A stretch of 59,631 nucleotides of DNA, counting the filler, from Candidatus Zhuqueibacterota bacterium (GTDB lineage: Bacteria > BS750m-G25): the NCBI GenBank assembly GCA_016783505.1. It is 2 parts of 2 records of this genome, joined end to end, with 100 filler letters (N's around TTAATTAATTAA, not from the genome) between each part and the next. Parts side by side here need not be neighbours in the genome. Positions count along the whole stretch, not along the records: positions 1 to 29,822 come from JADHWK010000026.1; 1 more part is not named here. The stretch is one strand, 5' to 3'. Positions 9,423 through 18,956 of the stretch are shown here, in pieces (within the stretch, counting starts at the first letter, position 1; every line of letters starts with the position of its first letter). A program made the position numbers and the translations under genes. The notes below the pieces were generated by a model. That model saw only the letters and a program-made list of their open reading frames with translations, had not been told where the DNA came from and searched no databases.

Positions 9423-10625
9423 CTATTTTCTCTCAATAATCATCGCCCCCCCCATCCCACCACCCACGCAGGCGGTGGCCAGTCCCAATTGGGCGTCGTT
9501 CTGTTTCATAATATTCATTAGGGTAACCAACAACCTGGCCCCGGTGGCCCCCACCGGATGCCCCAGGGCGATGGCCCCCCCGTGGATATTGAATTTCTCC
9601 TCGGGGATTTTAAGCTCCCTCATGCAGGGCAGGGCCTGGGCAGCGAAGGCCTCATTAAGCTCCACAAAATCAATATCGTCCATCTTCAATATTGCCCTGC
9701 CTAAGGCCTTGGGCACGGCGTGGATGGGCCCCTCCCCCATGAAGGCTGGGCTGAGGGCGGCGTAGGCATAAGAGCGCACATAAAATTCCGGGGTATAGCC
9801 CAGCCCTACCGATTTTTCCTTAGTCATTACCACCATCGCCGCCGCCCCATCGGAGATGGGGCAGGAGTTGCCCGGGGTTACCGTACCGTTCTCCTTGAAA
9901 ATGGTTGGATACAAAGCGAGAATCTGCTTGTTAAGGCCGATATTGATGGTCTCATCCTCGGAAACCGGCTCCGAGGCCACCTCCCGTCCGGCCATCTTTT
10001 TGGGGACCTGGATGGTGACGATCTCGTCCTTGAACTTCCCCTCCCGGGTGGCCCGGAAGGCCTTCTTATGGCTCCAGATGGCGAATTCGTCCTGTTCCTC
10101 CCGGCTGATCCCGTATTTTTCAGCCACGTTCTCAGCCGTTCCTCCCATGATCTGACCGACAACGGGATCCGTCAGCCCCTCCCAGATGCAATCCACCAGA
10201 TCACCCGATTGCAACCGGTAACCGAAACGGGCTTTCCGCAGAAGATAGGGGGCGTTGGACATACTCTCGGTTCCCCCAATCAGAAAAACCTCTCCATCCC
10301 CGCTCTGAATGGCTTGATAAGCACAGGTAACCGCCTGAATGCTGGAGACGCAGAGGCGCTGGATGGTTTGGGCAGGAACGTGTTCTGGGACCCCGGCCTG
10401 AAGTGCCGCCACCCGGGCGATGTTGGGGGCATCTGAGGACTGGATGATGCAGCCCACAATGACATCATCAATAATTCCCGGGTCCAACTCCAGCCTTTTA
10501 ATCTGCTCCTCAAAAAGGATCTTCATCAGTTCCTGGGCGGTGATATCCCTTAAGGCTCCCCCAAAGGCCCCCATTGGTGTTCTCACCCCACCCAGAATGA
10601 CCACTTCTTTCATCGTATCCTCCAA
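9423..10625 (-). CDS. Acetyl-CoA acyltransferase (thiolase)
   Basis: RLCVSS active-site Cys, NEAFA, GHPVGATG, CVGGG. Confidence 0.96.
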   Translation of the reverse strand: MEDTMKEVVILGGVRTPMGAFGGALRDITAQELMKILFEEQIKRLELDPGIIDDVIVGCIIQSSDAPNIARVAALQAGVPEHVPAQTIQRLCVSSIQAVTCAYQAIQSGDGEVFLIGGTESMSNAPYLLRKARFGYRLQSGDLVDCIWEGLTDPVVGQIMGGTAENVAEKYGISREEQDEFAIWSHKKAFRATREGKFKDEIVTIQVPKKMAGREVASEPVSEDETINIGLNKQILALYPTIFKENGTVTPGNSCPISDGAAAMVVMTKEKSVGLGYTPEFYVRSYAYAALSPAFMGEGPIHAVPKALGRAILKMDDIDFVELNEAFAAQALPCMRELKIPEEKFNIHGGAIALGHPVGATGARLLVTLMNIMKQNDAQLGLATACVGGGMGGAMIIERK

Positions 10626-10635
10626 AAATAGCGGT

Positions 10636-10776
10636 AAATTGTCACGCTATCTCAACGAAAGTCCCGAAACTTCGGGACTAATAACAGTATGTTTCAACAT
10701 ACTTTCTTAGAGTTAGCATAGGAATTTATTCCTATGCGGTAGTTCTGCAACAGGCCCGCCCGACTGATATAGTTTT
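10636..10776. repeat. Dispersed ~140-bp composite palindromic element; inverted copy at 52554-52691
   Basis: Near-identical reverse complement, including GTCCCGAA..TTCGGGAC and GCATAGGAATTTATTCCTATGC. Confidence 0.85.
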
Positions 10777-10782
10777 GACTGC

Positions 10783-11370
10783 TTAGGTCCGAATCCCACC
10801 AATGAAAATATTGCCGATCTGCTCTACGGTCTCCATCAGGTCATAGCTTTTTTTCTTGGACAGCACCCAGAAGGTGGCCGTCTCATCGAGGGCGCCGAAG
10901 TAGCTGCGCTTAAAAACGATGGGTTTAATATCAGGTCGGATGACCCCTTCCCGCTGACCTTCTTCCACCAGCCCGCCGATAATCCGCAGATATTCCATGA
11001 ATTTTTCGTTCTGGTATTCTTTCATAAACTTATTGCTCTGTCTCAGTTCGATCTGGATCACTTCGGCCAGGTTCTGGTTTTCCAGCACCATCCGGGCATA
11101 GACCCGGGCAAAGCGTTTCAGCTTATTTAACACCCCATCTTCCTCGGCCAACTCCTGTCGGGTGCGGGCGATGATCTTGTCCATCTCCGTCTCAAAAAGG
11201 GAGATCAGGATGTCATCCTTATTTTTGAAGTACAGGTAAACAGTGCCATCGGCTACCCCTGCCTCTTTGGCAACATCGGCCACCCGGGTGTGGAAGAAGC
11301 CCTTCTGGGCGAACACCTTAACGGCTGCCCGAAGGATGCGGTCAAATTTGAGATTGTCCTTGGGTTTCAT
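10783..11370 (-). CDS. fadR: TetR-family fatty acid degradation regulator (YsiA/FadR-like)
   Basis: TetR HTH VAKEAGVADGTVYLYFKNKDDIL and ELRQS motif; first gene of the beta-oxidation cluster. Confidence 0.85.
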   Translation of the reverse strand: MKPKDNLKFDRILRAAVKVFAQKGFFHTRVADVAKEAGVADGTVYLYFKNKDDILISLFETEMDKIIARTRQELAEEDGVLNKLKRFARVYARMVLENQNLAEVIQIELRQSNKFMKEYQNEKFMEYLRIIGGLVEEGQREGVIRPDIKPIVFKRSYFGALDETATFWVLSKKKSYDLMETVEQIGNIFIGGIRT

Positions 11371-11377
11371 TTTCTTT

Positions 11378-11397
11378 ATGAATGAATAGTCATTCAT
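11378..11397. promoter_or_regulatory. FadR(YsiA)-type operator
   Basis: Palindrome ATGAATGAATAGTCATTCAT between the promoter and the fadR start. Confidence 0.85.
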
Positions 11398-11398
11398 T

Positions 11399-11429
11399 TA
11401 TAATATAACAAAAAAATCCTTAATGTCAA
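11399..11429 (-). promoter_or_regulatory. Sigma70-type promoter of fadR
   Basis: TTGACA followed by TATATTAT at normal spacing on the minus strand. Confidence 0.7.
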
Positions 11430-11464
11430 GGATTTTTTAATGAGTTTTCATTGTTTAGATTAGC

Positions 11465-12004
11465 TCACCCTTTATCAGGTTCCGTCATGTTTTTTGACTT
11501 TGGGGGTCCCCCAACAAATGGTATTTTCAAATCCTCCTCAGCCAGTGTGATCAACTTGGCCGGATCATTCACATCAATAGGATAGATAGCCACCCCCAGC
11601 CCCATCTTTCCCCATCCCTGTTCGGAGGCGATTCCCAAAAAGCGTTTTTTAATTACCGAAGGAACTTCAGCAGCGGTGACCCCGGGCAGGATCACCGAAT
11701 ACCGCCGCACCGCCGTCTGCATCACCACGTCATACTGCCGCACTCCTTTCTTAAGATGCTCCACGTAGACAGTCTTTCCGGGCAGGAACTTATGCACTCC
11801 CCGGGGAATAGCCTCATTTAATTCCAACATCAAGAAACCCACGTTATAATGAAACCGATCTGCCCGGCTCATCTCTACCGCCAGGGACCGCTCCATCAAC
11901 TTCCTCCGTTTGCGAAAGGTCCGCTTGAGGTTCCATCTGTCTAGAATCCAACCGACCAAGATGAAGACTGCTAAGGCGATAATTCCATAGATAAAATAAT
12001 TCAT
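11465..12004 (-). CDS. Membrane-anchored protein with degenerate GGDEF-like domain
   Basis: N-terminal TM helix; EMSRADR, VRQYD..YSVILP, GVAIYP..LITLAE; no GGDEF motif; start MNYFIY. Confidence 0.6.
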   Translation of the reverse strand: MNYFIYGIIALAVFILVGWILDRWNLKRTFRKRRKLMERSLAVEMSRADRFHYNVGFLMLELNEAIPRGVHKFLPGKTVYVEHLKKGVRQYDVVMQTAVRRYSVILPGVTAAEVPSVIKKRFLGIASEQGWGKMGLGVAIYPIDVNDPAKLITLAEEDLKIPFVGGPPKSKNMTEPDKG

Positions 12005-12030
12005 ACCGCATCCTATTAGTTTAATCAATG

Positions 12031-12200
12031 GTAATTGTTTAGCTATCTGAAATTGAAAAACAGAAGAGGAGCAGAGGGGCTGGGGAGCAGGAGAGAGAAA
12101 AAATCCCTTTTCCCCCTTGCTCCTCCGCTCCCCTGCACCCCGGCTTTTCCATCCTGATACCTTCCCATTCGTTATTAACTTCCCATAGTTAAACTGATAC
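12031..12200. mobile_element. MITE, related GTA..TAC family
   Basis: Ends GTAATTGTTTAGCTA and TAGTTAAACTGATAC; exact 8-bp flanking repeat AATCAATG, which includes the argF stop. Confidence 0.75.
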
Positions 12201-12202
12201 AA

Positions 12203-13114
12203 TCAATGAATCAATTTTATCAAAATAGCCTTCTGAATGTGAAGCCTGTTTTCCGCCTGATCAAAGACTACCGAATGGGGACCATCCATCACCAGGGCCG
12301 TGATCTCCTGACCCCGGTCAGCGGGCAGGCAGTGCATGACAATGCAGTCCGGGTGGGCGTGTCTCAACAGCCCCTCGTTGACCTGAAATTTCCTCAGCAG
12401 TTCGGCTCTCGCCTCCGCCAAGTGCTTCTGTCCCATCGAGGCCCAGACATCGGTGTAGACCACATCGGCACCCGAGATGGCTTTAAGGGGGTCATCGGTA
12501 ATTGTAATCTGGCTTATTCCGGCCTTTCGGGCCCGGGCCAAGACCTCCCCATCCGGCGGGGTATCAGGGGAAGTAGCAATCCGAAGATCAAAAGGCAATC
12601 GAGAGGCGGCGTTCAGCCAAGAGTTGGCCACGTTGTTACCATCACCGAGATAGGCCACCTTCATCCCCTCGATCTTACCCTTCTTCTCAACGATGGTTAA
12701 CATATCCCCCATCACCTGGCAGGGATGCAAAAGGTCGGTCAATCCATTAATAACGGGCACATCAGCAAAACGGGCCAGCTCCTCCAAGGCCGACTGGGCG
12801 AAGGTGCGGATCATGATCCCGTCCACATAGCGGGAGAGTACCTTGGCGGCATCGTGGATGGACTCCCGCACCCCCAGTTGAATCTCTTTATCCGTGATAT
12901 ACAAAGCCGTCCCCCCCAATTGGGCTACCCCTACCTCGAAGCTCACCCTGGTGCGCAGAGAGGGTTTATGGAAAATGAGGGCGATGGTCTTTCCGGCTAA
13001 AGGTTTGGGACATTCAGCCTTTTTTGTCTTTTCCTTTAATTGCCGGGCCAGCCGAAAGGTGTCGTCTATTTCTGAACCCGTAAAGTCAGGAATGGCTAAA
13101 AAATCCTTTTTCAT
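12203..13114 (-). CDS. argF: Ornithine carbamoyltransferase
   Basis: KPSLRTR, HPCQ, DVWASMG, HCLP, QAENR. Confidence 0.93.
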   Translation of the reverse strand: MKKDFLAIPDFTGSEIDDTFRLARQLKEKTKKAECPKPLAGKTIALIFHKPSLRTRVSFEVGVAQLGGTALYITDKEIQLGVRESIHDAAKVLSRYVDGIMIRTFAQSALEELARFADVPVINGLTDLLHPCQVMGDMLTIVEKKGKIEGMKVAYLGDGNNVANSWLNAASRLPFDLRIATSPDTPPDGEVLARARKAGISQITITDDPLKAISGADVVYTDVWASMGQKHLAEARAELLRKFQVNEGLLRHAHPDCIVMHCLPADRGQEITALVMDGPHSVVFDQAENRLHIQKAILIKLIH

Positions 13115-14030
13115 CCTTCTCCTTGGTCTTACTCCGGTTCCGCCAAAGATTTTCCCCGATAGAAATATCCTCGAAAGCATCTATATCGAGTGCCGGAGAA
13201 GCGTCTTTTATTTCGATTAATTTAAACCGGGTTCCCAACAATTCACCAAGCTTAGTTTCCATCCCCTTTTTGGTCAATTTTTTCTGTAAATATTTTCTTA
13301 CTTCCCGGCGAGCAAATTTGATAACGGTTACTATCTTTGTAGGATTTCTTAATTTTCGAACCGAATAGGCAAGATTTATTAACTCCAAGTTCCTAATCCC
13401 TTGAGGGTTAGCAAAACCCAGATTGGCGATCCGAAAACCCTTCCTCCCATATTTATCGGCCCCCTCTTTCCCCCTAGAATTATCATCAATCATCCAAAAA
13501 TAAGGTCTTTTTCTGAACCACTTTGTTGTTGGTTTTAGGGTTCTCCGGCTGACTACGGCGAAAAGGAAATCAAAATCCCTTTGATAAGACTGGCATTCCC
13601 TAACAAAATAGTCTATATCGGCCGGGGCTATAAACGGGATATCGGATGGGACAAACAAGGCGTGATTGGTGGCGCTGCTATTTTCATAGCTCAGCAGAGC
13701 GTTTTCCAGAAAGGGTCCCATTTGTTGAACAACCTTTACCGGGGTCTCCATACGGTTTATTATACCGACTTTTTGCTCAATCCTTTTCTTCTCCCCGACA
13801 ATCACAACCTCTGCAATAGTCTTCGCTTTATCCAAAGAATGGAGCACATATTCCATCATAGGTCTTAATTTTATCACCCCATCAATATTGCCTTTAAAAT
13901 TCCTCAGGGGTTTGTATTCACCGAACAAATAAGTTTCGTTGTAGATGAAGCGATAAAGGACCTTACTTATCGAATCATACCAAGATTTCTTTACCTTCCC
14001 CCCTGCTAATAATATTGCGCTGACCATCAT
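13086..14030 (-). CDS. MobA-like NTP transferase family protein
   Basis: AILLAGG, PMMEYVL, PSDIPFI, LDID. Confidence 0.7.
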   Translation of the reverse strand: MMVSAILLAGGKVKKSWYDSISKVLYRFIYNETYLFGEYKPLRNFKGNIDGVIKLRPMMEYVLHSLDKAKTIAEVVIVGEKKRIEQKVGIINRMETPVKVVQQMGPFLENALLSYENSSATNHALFVPSDIPFIAPADIDYFVRECQSYQRDFDFLFAVVSRRTLKPTTKWFRKRPYFWMIDDNSRGKEGADKYGRKGFRIANLGFANPQGIRNLELINLAYSVRKLRNPTKIVTVIKFARREVRKYLQKKLTKKGMETKLGELLGTRFKLIEIKDASPALDIDAFEDISIGENLWRNRSKTKEKDEKGFFSHS

Positions 14031-14219
14031 ATTATAAAATTAACCCATTCCTCATAGTTAATGTGGCACAGGTTTCGTTAGAAACCTGCGTTCTTACAAA
14101 TTATGTAATCTCTATGCATGCATTGACATATTTAATGCAATTCAAACAATTTAGAAAAAATCGATTTTTACAATAATTTAGTTTTAGTTAAAATTTTACT
14201 CTAATTTAATATTCCTATT

Positions 14220-15050
14220 TCATTTTGTTACTATGGAAGTACCCATACTACCTGTTGGTAGGTTTTCAATTGTTGCTGTAGAATCGCCAGTAGAACATTC
14301 CTTTGCATAGGGTTCAATTTTTCTTTCAAATAGATGATTGGCAGTGAGATAAGCCTCAACTAATCTCTTTTCCAAAATTAAATTATAAACTTTTTCAAAC
14401 TCTTTTTCAAAGTAAATAATGATGTCTTCTACAGCATCTTTAACAGGTATAAGATCTTCAGAATTGCAGTCTTTTGGTGTCATACCCCTTTTAGGATTTG
14501 ATGGTAATTTAAATTCTTCTTTATTTGATATTGGAAAACGCCAATAATGAACAGAATGGTGGCGAAGGAGGATTTTTTGATTACAATTATTAAAAATATT
14601 CCAAAAAGAATCATCAACCATATTTTTTCTTTTCTTTAAATCACCCAATGTAAGCCCCTTCTCAGAATCAGATTTTGGCTTTTTTATAAATAGAGATTCA
14701 ACAAAATTTTCCAAGGCACACAAACCCGAATATAAATCACTGTAACAAGCTTCTACTTCTTCCCAAATATAGAAATAGCTGTATTCTTGCAATTCATCTC
14801 CTAAAAGTTTTTCAAGATTATTGAGATGATAATAAGCACCAAGAATATGAGTAGCTGCAGAGTGACTTTCTAAACCTGTTTTATAAAATGAGTCCAAAAT
14901 TTCATCTGCATTCGGTACATCGGAAAAAAATATAACATTATCTCGTGAAAAAGCACAACCCTTTTCCCTTACTGTCCAGTAGGTTTTTAAAAATTTTAAT
15001 TATTCTTCCATCTTTTTGTCAAGAGGATCTAAGGGATATTTATGCTTCAT
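14220..15050 (-). pseudogene. HEPN-like protein with a premature stop
   Basis: ATG at 15050, in-frame TAA at 15000-15002, then open to 14220; RHHSVH (Rx4H) motif; AT-rich. Confidence 0.55.
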
Positions 15051-15109
15051 GTTAAAACCTTAAAATGATACTATGGTAATCGTTCAATAACCTTTAAATT
15101 TATACATAA

Positions 15110-15141
15110 CCGGCGGGCGATGTGGCTGCACCGCCCGCCGG
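15110..15141 (-). terminator. Hairpin after pepF
   Basis: CCGGCGGGCG..CGCCCGCCGG stem. Confidence 0.55.
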
Positions 15142-15173
15142 CTCAGCAGATTGGTTAATATAGCAAGACTGAT

Positions 15174-17081
15174 TTACTTCTCGGCCAAAATGGCTTCAAC
15201 CTGGTCAATCAGCTCGTCCATCTTTTTGGTGGTGGCCTCGATGGGCTCCGGGGTGGACATATCCACTCCAGCACCTTTCAGTAGGTCAATGGGGTAGGCC
15301 GAGCTCCCCCTGCTTAAGAAATTCAGGTACGCCTTCACCGCTGGCTCCCCTTCGGTCAGGATTTTCTGGGAGACAGCCTGGGAGGCGGCATACGAGGTGG
15401 CGTAGGTATAGACGTAGAAGTTATAATAGAAATGGGGTATGCGGGCCCAGGAGAGCTTCTCCTCGGGATCAACCACCATCTCCGGCCCCCAGTACTGCTG
15501 GTAGAGGTCACCGAAGAGCTGGTCCAGGACATCTGGGGTCAGGGCCTCTCCCCTTTCTGCCTTATCGTGCACCATTTTCTCAAAATCGGCAAACCGGGTC
15601 TGGCGGTAGAAAGTGGTCATAATGTTGCCGATGTACTTCTGGAGCAGGGCCAGCTTCTCATCCTTATCCTCAGTCTTTTTAAGCAGGTAGTCCATAAGAA
15701 GGGCCTCGTTGGTGGTAGAAGCCACCTCGGCCACGAAGGTGGCGTAATCGCTGTAGATGAAGGGCTGGGTATGAATTGTATAGTAGGTATGAATGGTATG
15801 CCCCATCTCATGGGCCAGGGTAAACACATCGTTGAGGGTGCCGTTATAATTTAAAAGGACATAGGGATGCACCCCGTAGGTTCCCGCCGAATAGGCCCCA
15901 CCCCGCTTGCCCACATTCTCGTAGACGTCAATCCAGCGATTTTCAAACCCCTCCTTCAGCACCTTGATATAATCTTCCCCTAAGGGCCTCAAGGCCTCTT
16001 TGACCATCTCTTTGGCCTCTTCGAACGTGTATTTTTTGGTGGACTCGGCGAACAGAGGGGCATAGGTGTCGTAGGGGTGCAGCTCATCTAACTCCATTAC
16101 CTTTTTCTTCAGCGCCGCCCAGCGGTGGAGGGGCCCCAGGTTGTTATGGATAGTGGTGATCAGATTATTGTACACCTCCACAGGAATATTGGGCCTATTC
16201 AAAGAGGCCTCCAAGCAGGTGTTATACTTCCGGTTCTTCATGTAGAAGATATCCGACTTGATATTGGCCGAGAAGAGGGCCCCCAGGGTATTCTTGTGAG
16301 CTTCATAGGGGACGTAAAACTCCTTGTAGGCGTCGTGCCGGACCCGCCTGTCAGGGGAATACATAAACATATAATACCTCCCCTTGGACATCTCCACCTC
16401 GTTATCCTCCTCGTCCTTGATAGAAGGCCAGCTAAAGTCGGCGTTATCCAGCATGCCGAAAACGGTATAGGGCGAGCCCATCACCTCCCCAGCCAAGGCT
16501 AAAATCTCCTCCTGCTCCTTGGGCAGGGTATGGGGCTTTGTGCGGGTAATGTCCCCCAGATAGTGCTCATAGACCGCTAATCCTTCCTCCTTTTTATGGA
16601 ACTTCCGCAGTCTTCGCTCGCTGATGGAAAGAATTTCCGGACGAATGAAGGCAGCGGCGCTGCTTAGCTGGGTGGCCAGACCCCGCACCCGGTCGGCCAG
16701 GGCCTGGTAGGTGGTATTGTTAAGGTCCTCGTCTTTCCGCCGGTAGGCGTACAAGAACAGCCTTCCTAGGGTCTCCCCCACCTCGTCCTGAAGCTTAAGA
16801 CACCCCAGAAGGTTTTGGGGAGATTTTCTCAATATGCCTTCGTACTCTTTAAACCGGGGGATAAATCCCTTCACCTTAGAAAAATCCTGCTCCCATAGAT
16901 CGTCGGAGGCGTAGATGTCCCCCAGATTCCACTTATACTGCTCCTCGATCTGGTCCCGGGTGGGGATTTTTCCCGCCTGCTCCTGGGCTAAAAGACCGGG
17001 TGCTCCCAAAAGGAACACCAGGCAGATCAGGCTGCCCAACACCCAACCCGCCTTCACTACCGCAAACAACTTCCGTCTCAT
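15174..17081 (-). CDS. pepF: Oligoendopeptidase F (M3B) with signal peptide
   Basis: HEMGH zinc motif, KRGGAYS, AEVAST, WARIPHFY. Confidence 0.95.
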   Translation of the reverse strand: MRRKLFAVVKAGWVLGSLICLVFLLGAPGLLAQEQAGKIPTRDQIEEQYKWNLGDIYASDDLWEQDFSKVKGFIPRFKEYEGILRKSPQNLLGCLKLQDEVGETLGRLFLYAYRRKDEDLNNTTYQALADRVRGLATQLSSAAAFIRPEILSISERRLRKFHKKEEGLAVYEHYLGDITRTKPHTLPKEQEEILALAGEVMGSPYTVFGMLDNADFSWPSIKDEEDNEVEMSKGRYYMFMYSPDRRVRHDAYKEFYVPYEAHKNTLGALFSANIKSDIFYMKNRKYNTCLEASLNRPNIPVEVYNNLITTIHNNLGPLHRWAALKKKVMELDELHPYDTYAPLFAESTKKYTFEEAKEMVKEALRPLGEDYIKVLKEGFENRWIDVYENVGKRGGAYSAGTYGVHPYVLLNYNGTLNDVFTLAHEMGHTIHTYYTIHTQPFIYSDYATFVAEVASTTNEALLMDYLLKKTEDKDEKLALLQKYIGNIMTTFYRQTRFADFEKMVHDKAERGEALTPDVLDQLFGDLYQQYWGPEMVVDPEEKLSWARIPHFYYNFYVYTYATSYAASQAVSQKILTEGEPAVKAYLNFLSRGSSAYPIDLLKGAGVDMSTPEPIEATTKKMDELIDQVEAILAEK

Positions 17082-17101
17082 GGTTCCACTCCTCCGTTTT
17101 T

Positions 17102-17389
17102 TTAACTGTTACTTTTTTTATTTCGTGACTTCTGGATACTATTTGCAATTTTCTGTAATTGCACAAGTATTTTTATCTTTTCCTCAAAAGGCAGTTTTGC
17201 CTGCTCTCTATGGAACTCTTCTTTTTTTTCAAACAAATCCCTTCGTGTTATTGTGCTATTCCCCTTCGTAATAATCTTTACCCCGTTAGAAATTCTATCA
17301 TATTTGGATTTATTTCTCTTCTGCTGTCTCATGCCTTCTTTTTGGCAATTTCTAACGGGGTTTATATCTTCAACCTTCTTATCAGCCAT
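17102..17389 (-). CDS. Small protein, putative partner of the nucleotidyltransferase; carries an in-frame palindromic insert
   Basis: KEEFHREQAKLPFEEKIKILVQLQK; immediately downstream of 17402-17887. Confidence 0.65.
   Translation of the reverse strand: MADKKVEDINPVRNCQKEGMRQQKRNKSKYDRISNGVKIITKGNSTITRRDLFEKKEEFHREQAKLPFEEKIKILVQLQKIANSIQKSRNKKSNS
17280..17361. mobile_element. Palindromic element inserted in frame
   Basis: 15-bp inverted repeat ACCCCGTTAGAAATT / AATTTCTAACGGGGT with a TTTA direct repeat. Confidence 0.8.
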
Positions 17390-17401
17390 AATAATTCTCC
17401 T

Positions 17402-17887
17402 TCATAAAGACTTGAGTTTCTCACTCAAGCCATACTTGTTTAAAATATCTTCGAGTTTTATCATATCTATTTTTGTTTGTTCCAAAAGTCTTTCTATTTT
17501 CTCTATATCCTTTTTCCTGCCAGCCCTTAATAATACGGATATCAGATATTCGGGGTTCATTACTTTTGTTTTAACTCCTTCATATTTTATTTCTTTTGCA
17601 TCGGTTACACCCTCTTCTTCCAGTTTATCAACTGGAATAAATTGAACAGGCATTCCCTCTATTATAATATGTTCTCCTTTCCATTGATAACCTTTATCTT
17701 TAAGATAATCGAATATAGGAGAAAGTAAAATTAGATTCTTCTCTTTTCCTTTAATTATAAACACATCTAAATCATAAGTAAGGAAAGGTTCAGTATAGAA
17801 TATTGTGGCAATTCCTCCGCCGATAGCATAATTTTTAATTAACCCCTCTTTCTGGAGTTCGTTTATAATTTCTATCGTCTTCTCCAT
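17402..17887 (-). CDS. Nucleotidyltransferase-fold protein (putative TA component)
   Basis: YAIGGGIA..TYDLDVF (GG..DxD), GRKKD. Confidence 0.75.
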   Translation of the reverse strand: MEKTIEIINELQKEGLIKNYAIGGGIATIFYTEPFLTYDLDVFIIKGKEKNLILLSPIFDYLKDKGYQWKGEHIIIEGMPVQFIPVDKLEEEGVTDAKEIKYEGVKTKVMNPEYLISVLLRAGRKKDIEKIERLLEQTKIDMIKLEDILNKYGLSEKLKSL

Positions 17888-17920
17888 TGCTTATTTGTTG
17901 CTATTTGGGCTACCAATTCT

Positions 17921-18003
17921 GGCTAACGGTTTCGGTGTATGCGATTTTGTGCCGAAGGCACAATTTGGGTGAGCGAAGCGAACCGCATACACCGTGTTAT
18001 ACG
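17921..18003 (+). other. attC-like recombination site
   Basis: GGCTAAC..CGGTGTATGCG..CGCATACACCG.GTTATAC: TAAC/GTTA ends with a paired inner box and internal hairpins. Confidence 0.6.
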
Positions 18004-18182
18004 CTCCGAGCGTAGCGAGGACAAGGGAGCGACAGCGACCGAAGTGTCATAGGCAAAGGGCCATGTCTTTTGTTTTGTGATCGTTTTCGTTGGGATATGA
18101 ACACATTCCTTAATCGCTTCTCACATCTTCCTCAGCCCACCGAAACCGTCTCTTTTCGTTGAGCTTGCGACACGAACCCGTC

Positions 18183-18554
18183 TCATACCTTCATTAATAA
18201 CCAATCTTTATTTTTCCAATGTATTAAAATATACTTCCCTGAGACTTTCTTTCCATGAAGTAAAAATTCAATTCTCTTCTTCTCAAAATTTAAAAGATCA
18301 TATGCTCCTGTATCCCAAATAAATATTTTACCTGCTCCGTATTCTCCCTCTGAAATTTCCCCCTCAAAATGTAGAAAACCCAATGTGTGATCTTCAACTT
18401 GAACTGCTAATCTTTTCACTTTAGGATTTGTTGGGACACCCTTTGGAACTGCCCAGCTTTTAAGAAAGCCCTCCATCTCTAATCTGAGATCCCAATGAAG
18501 ATGAGAAGCGTGGTGTTCCTGCACTACAAAGCTTTTTAGGCTAGAAGACTTCAT
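18183..18554 (-). CDS. Stand-alone LigD 3'-phosphoesterase (PE) domain
   Basis: FVVQEHHASHLHWDLRLE, LKSWAVPKG, KRLAVQVEDH, GEYGAG..WDTG. Confidence 0.92.
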   Translation of the reverse strand: MKSSSLKSFVVQEHHASHLHWDLRLEMEGFLKSWAVPKGVPTNPKVKRLAVQVEDHTLGFLHFEGEISEGEYGAGKIFIWDTGAYDLLNFEKKRIEFLLHGKKVSGKYILIHWKNKDWLLMKV

Positions 18555-18570
18555 GAGAACACCTTTTCTA

Positions 18571-18948
18571 TCATTTATCCGACTTAAACAAAACAGCGAA
18601 GAAATCTATTGGAGAATTAATTCTTTGGTATTCTATATATAAGAGTTGAATGCCCCTTTCAATATGGTTTCTAATAAATATAGAAATATACTCTCTATCA
18701 TCCATTCTTTTTCTTTCATGCTGATTAACTAAAGCTTTAAATATGTCATCATACTCACCTGTAAGGGTATATCTATTGAACTCATACCCAGCACTATCTT
18801 TTGGTCTTAGATTTTTTACAGATTTTTTTTCAGCTAACGAACGCCCTATGGCCAACCTACAGATTATGTTTCTTCTTTGGTCCAATCTATTTGAAAGATG
18901 GTCAAGTTGCTCAGACGCTTTTTTTGAAATCTTTAATCTACTTGACAT
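18571..18948 (-). CDS. dndE: DNA sulfur modification protein DndE
   Basis: RLKISK..NIICRLAIGRSL..EFNRYTLTGEYD..HIERG; follows dndD. Confidence 0.88.
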   Translation of the reverse strand: MSSRLKISKKASEQLDHLSNRLDQRRNIICRLAIGRSLAEKKSVKNLRPKDSAGYEFNRYTLTGEYDDIFKALVNQHERKRMDDREYISIFIRNHIERGIQLLYIEYQRINSPIDFFAVLFKSDK

Positions 18949-18956
18949 AAGTTCAC

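Noticed and set aside
12005-12202. N-terminal extension of ORF 11465-12202
   Set aside because: Reads through a MITE; the likely start is 12004
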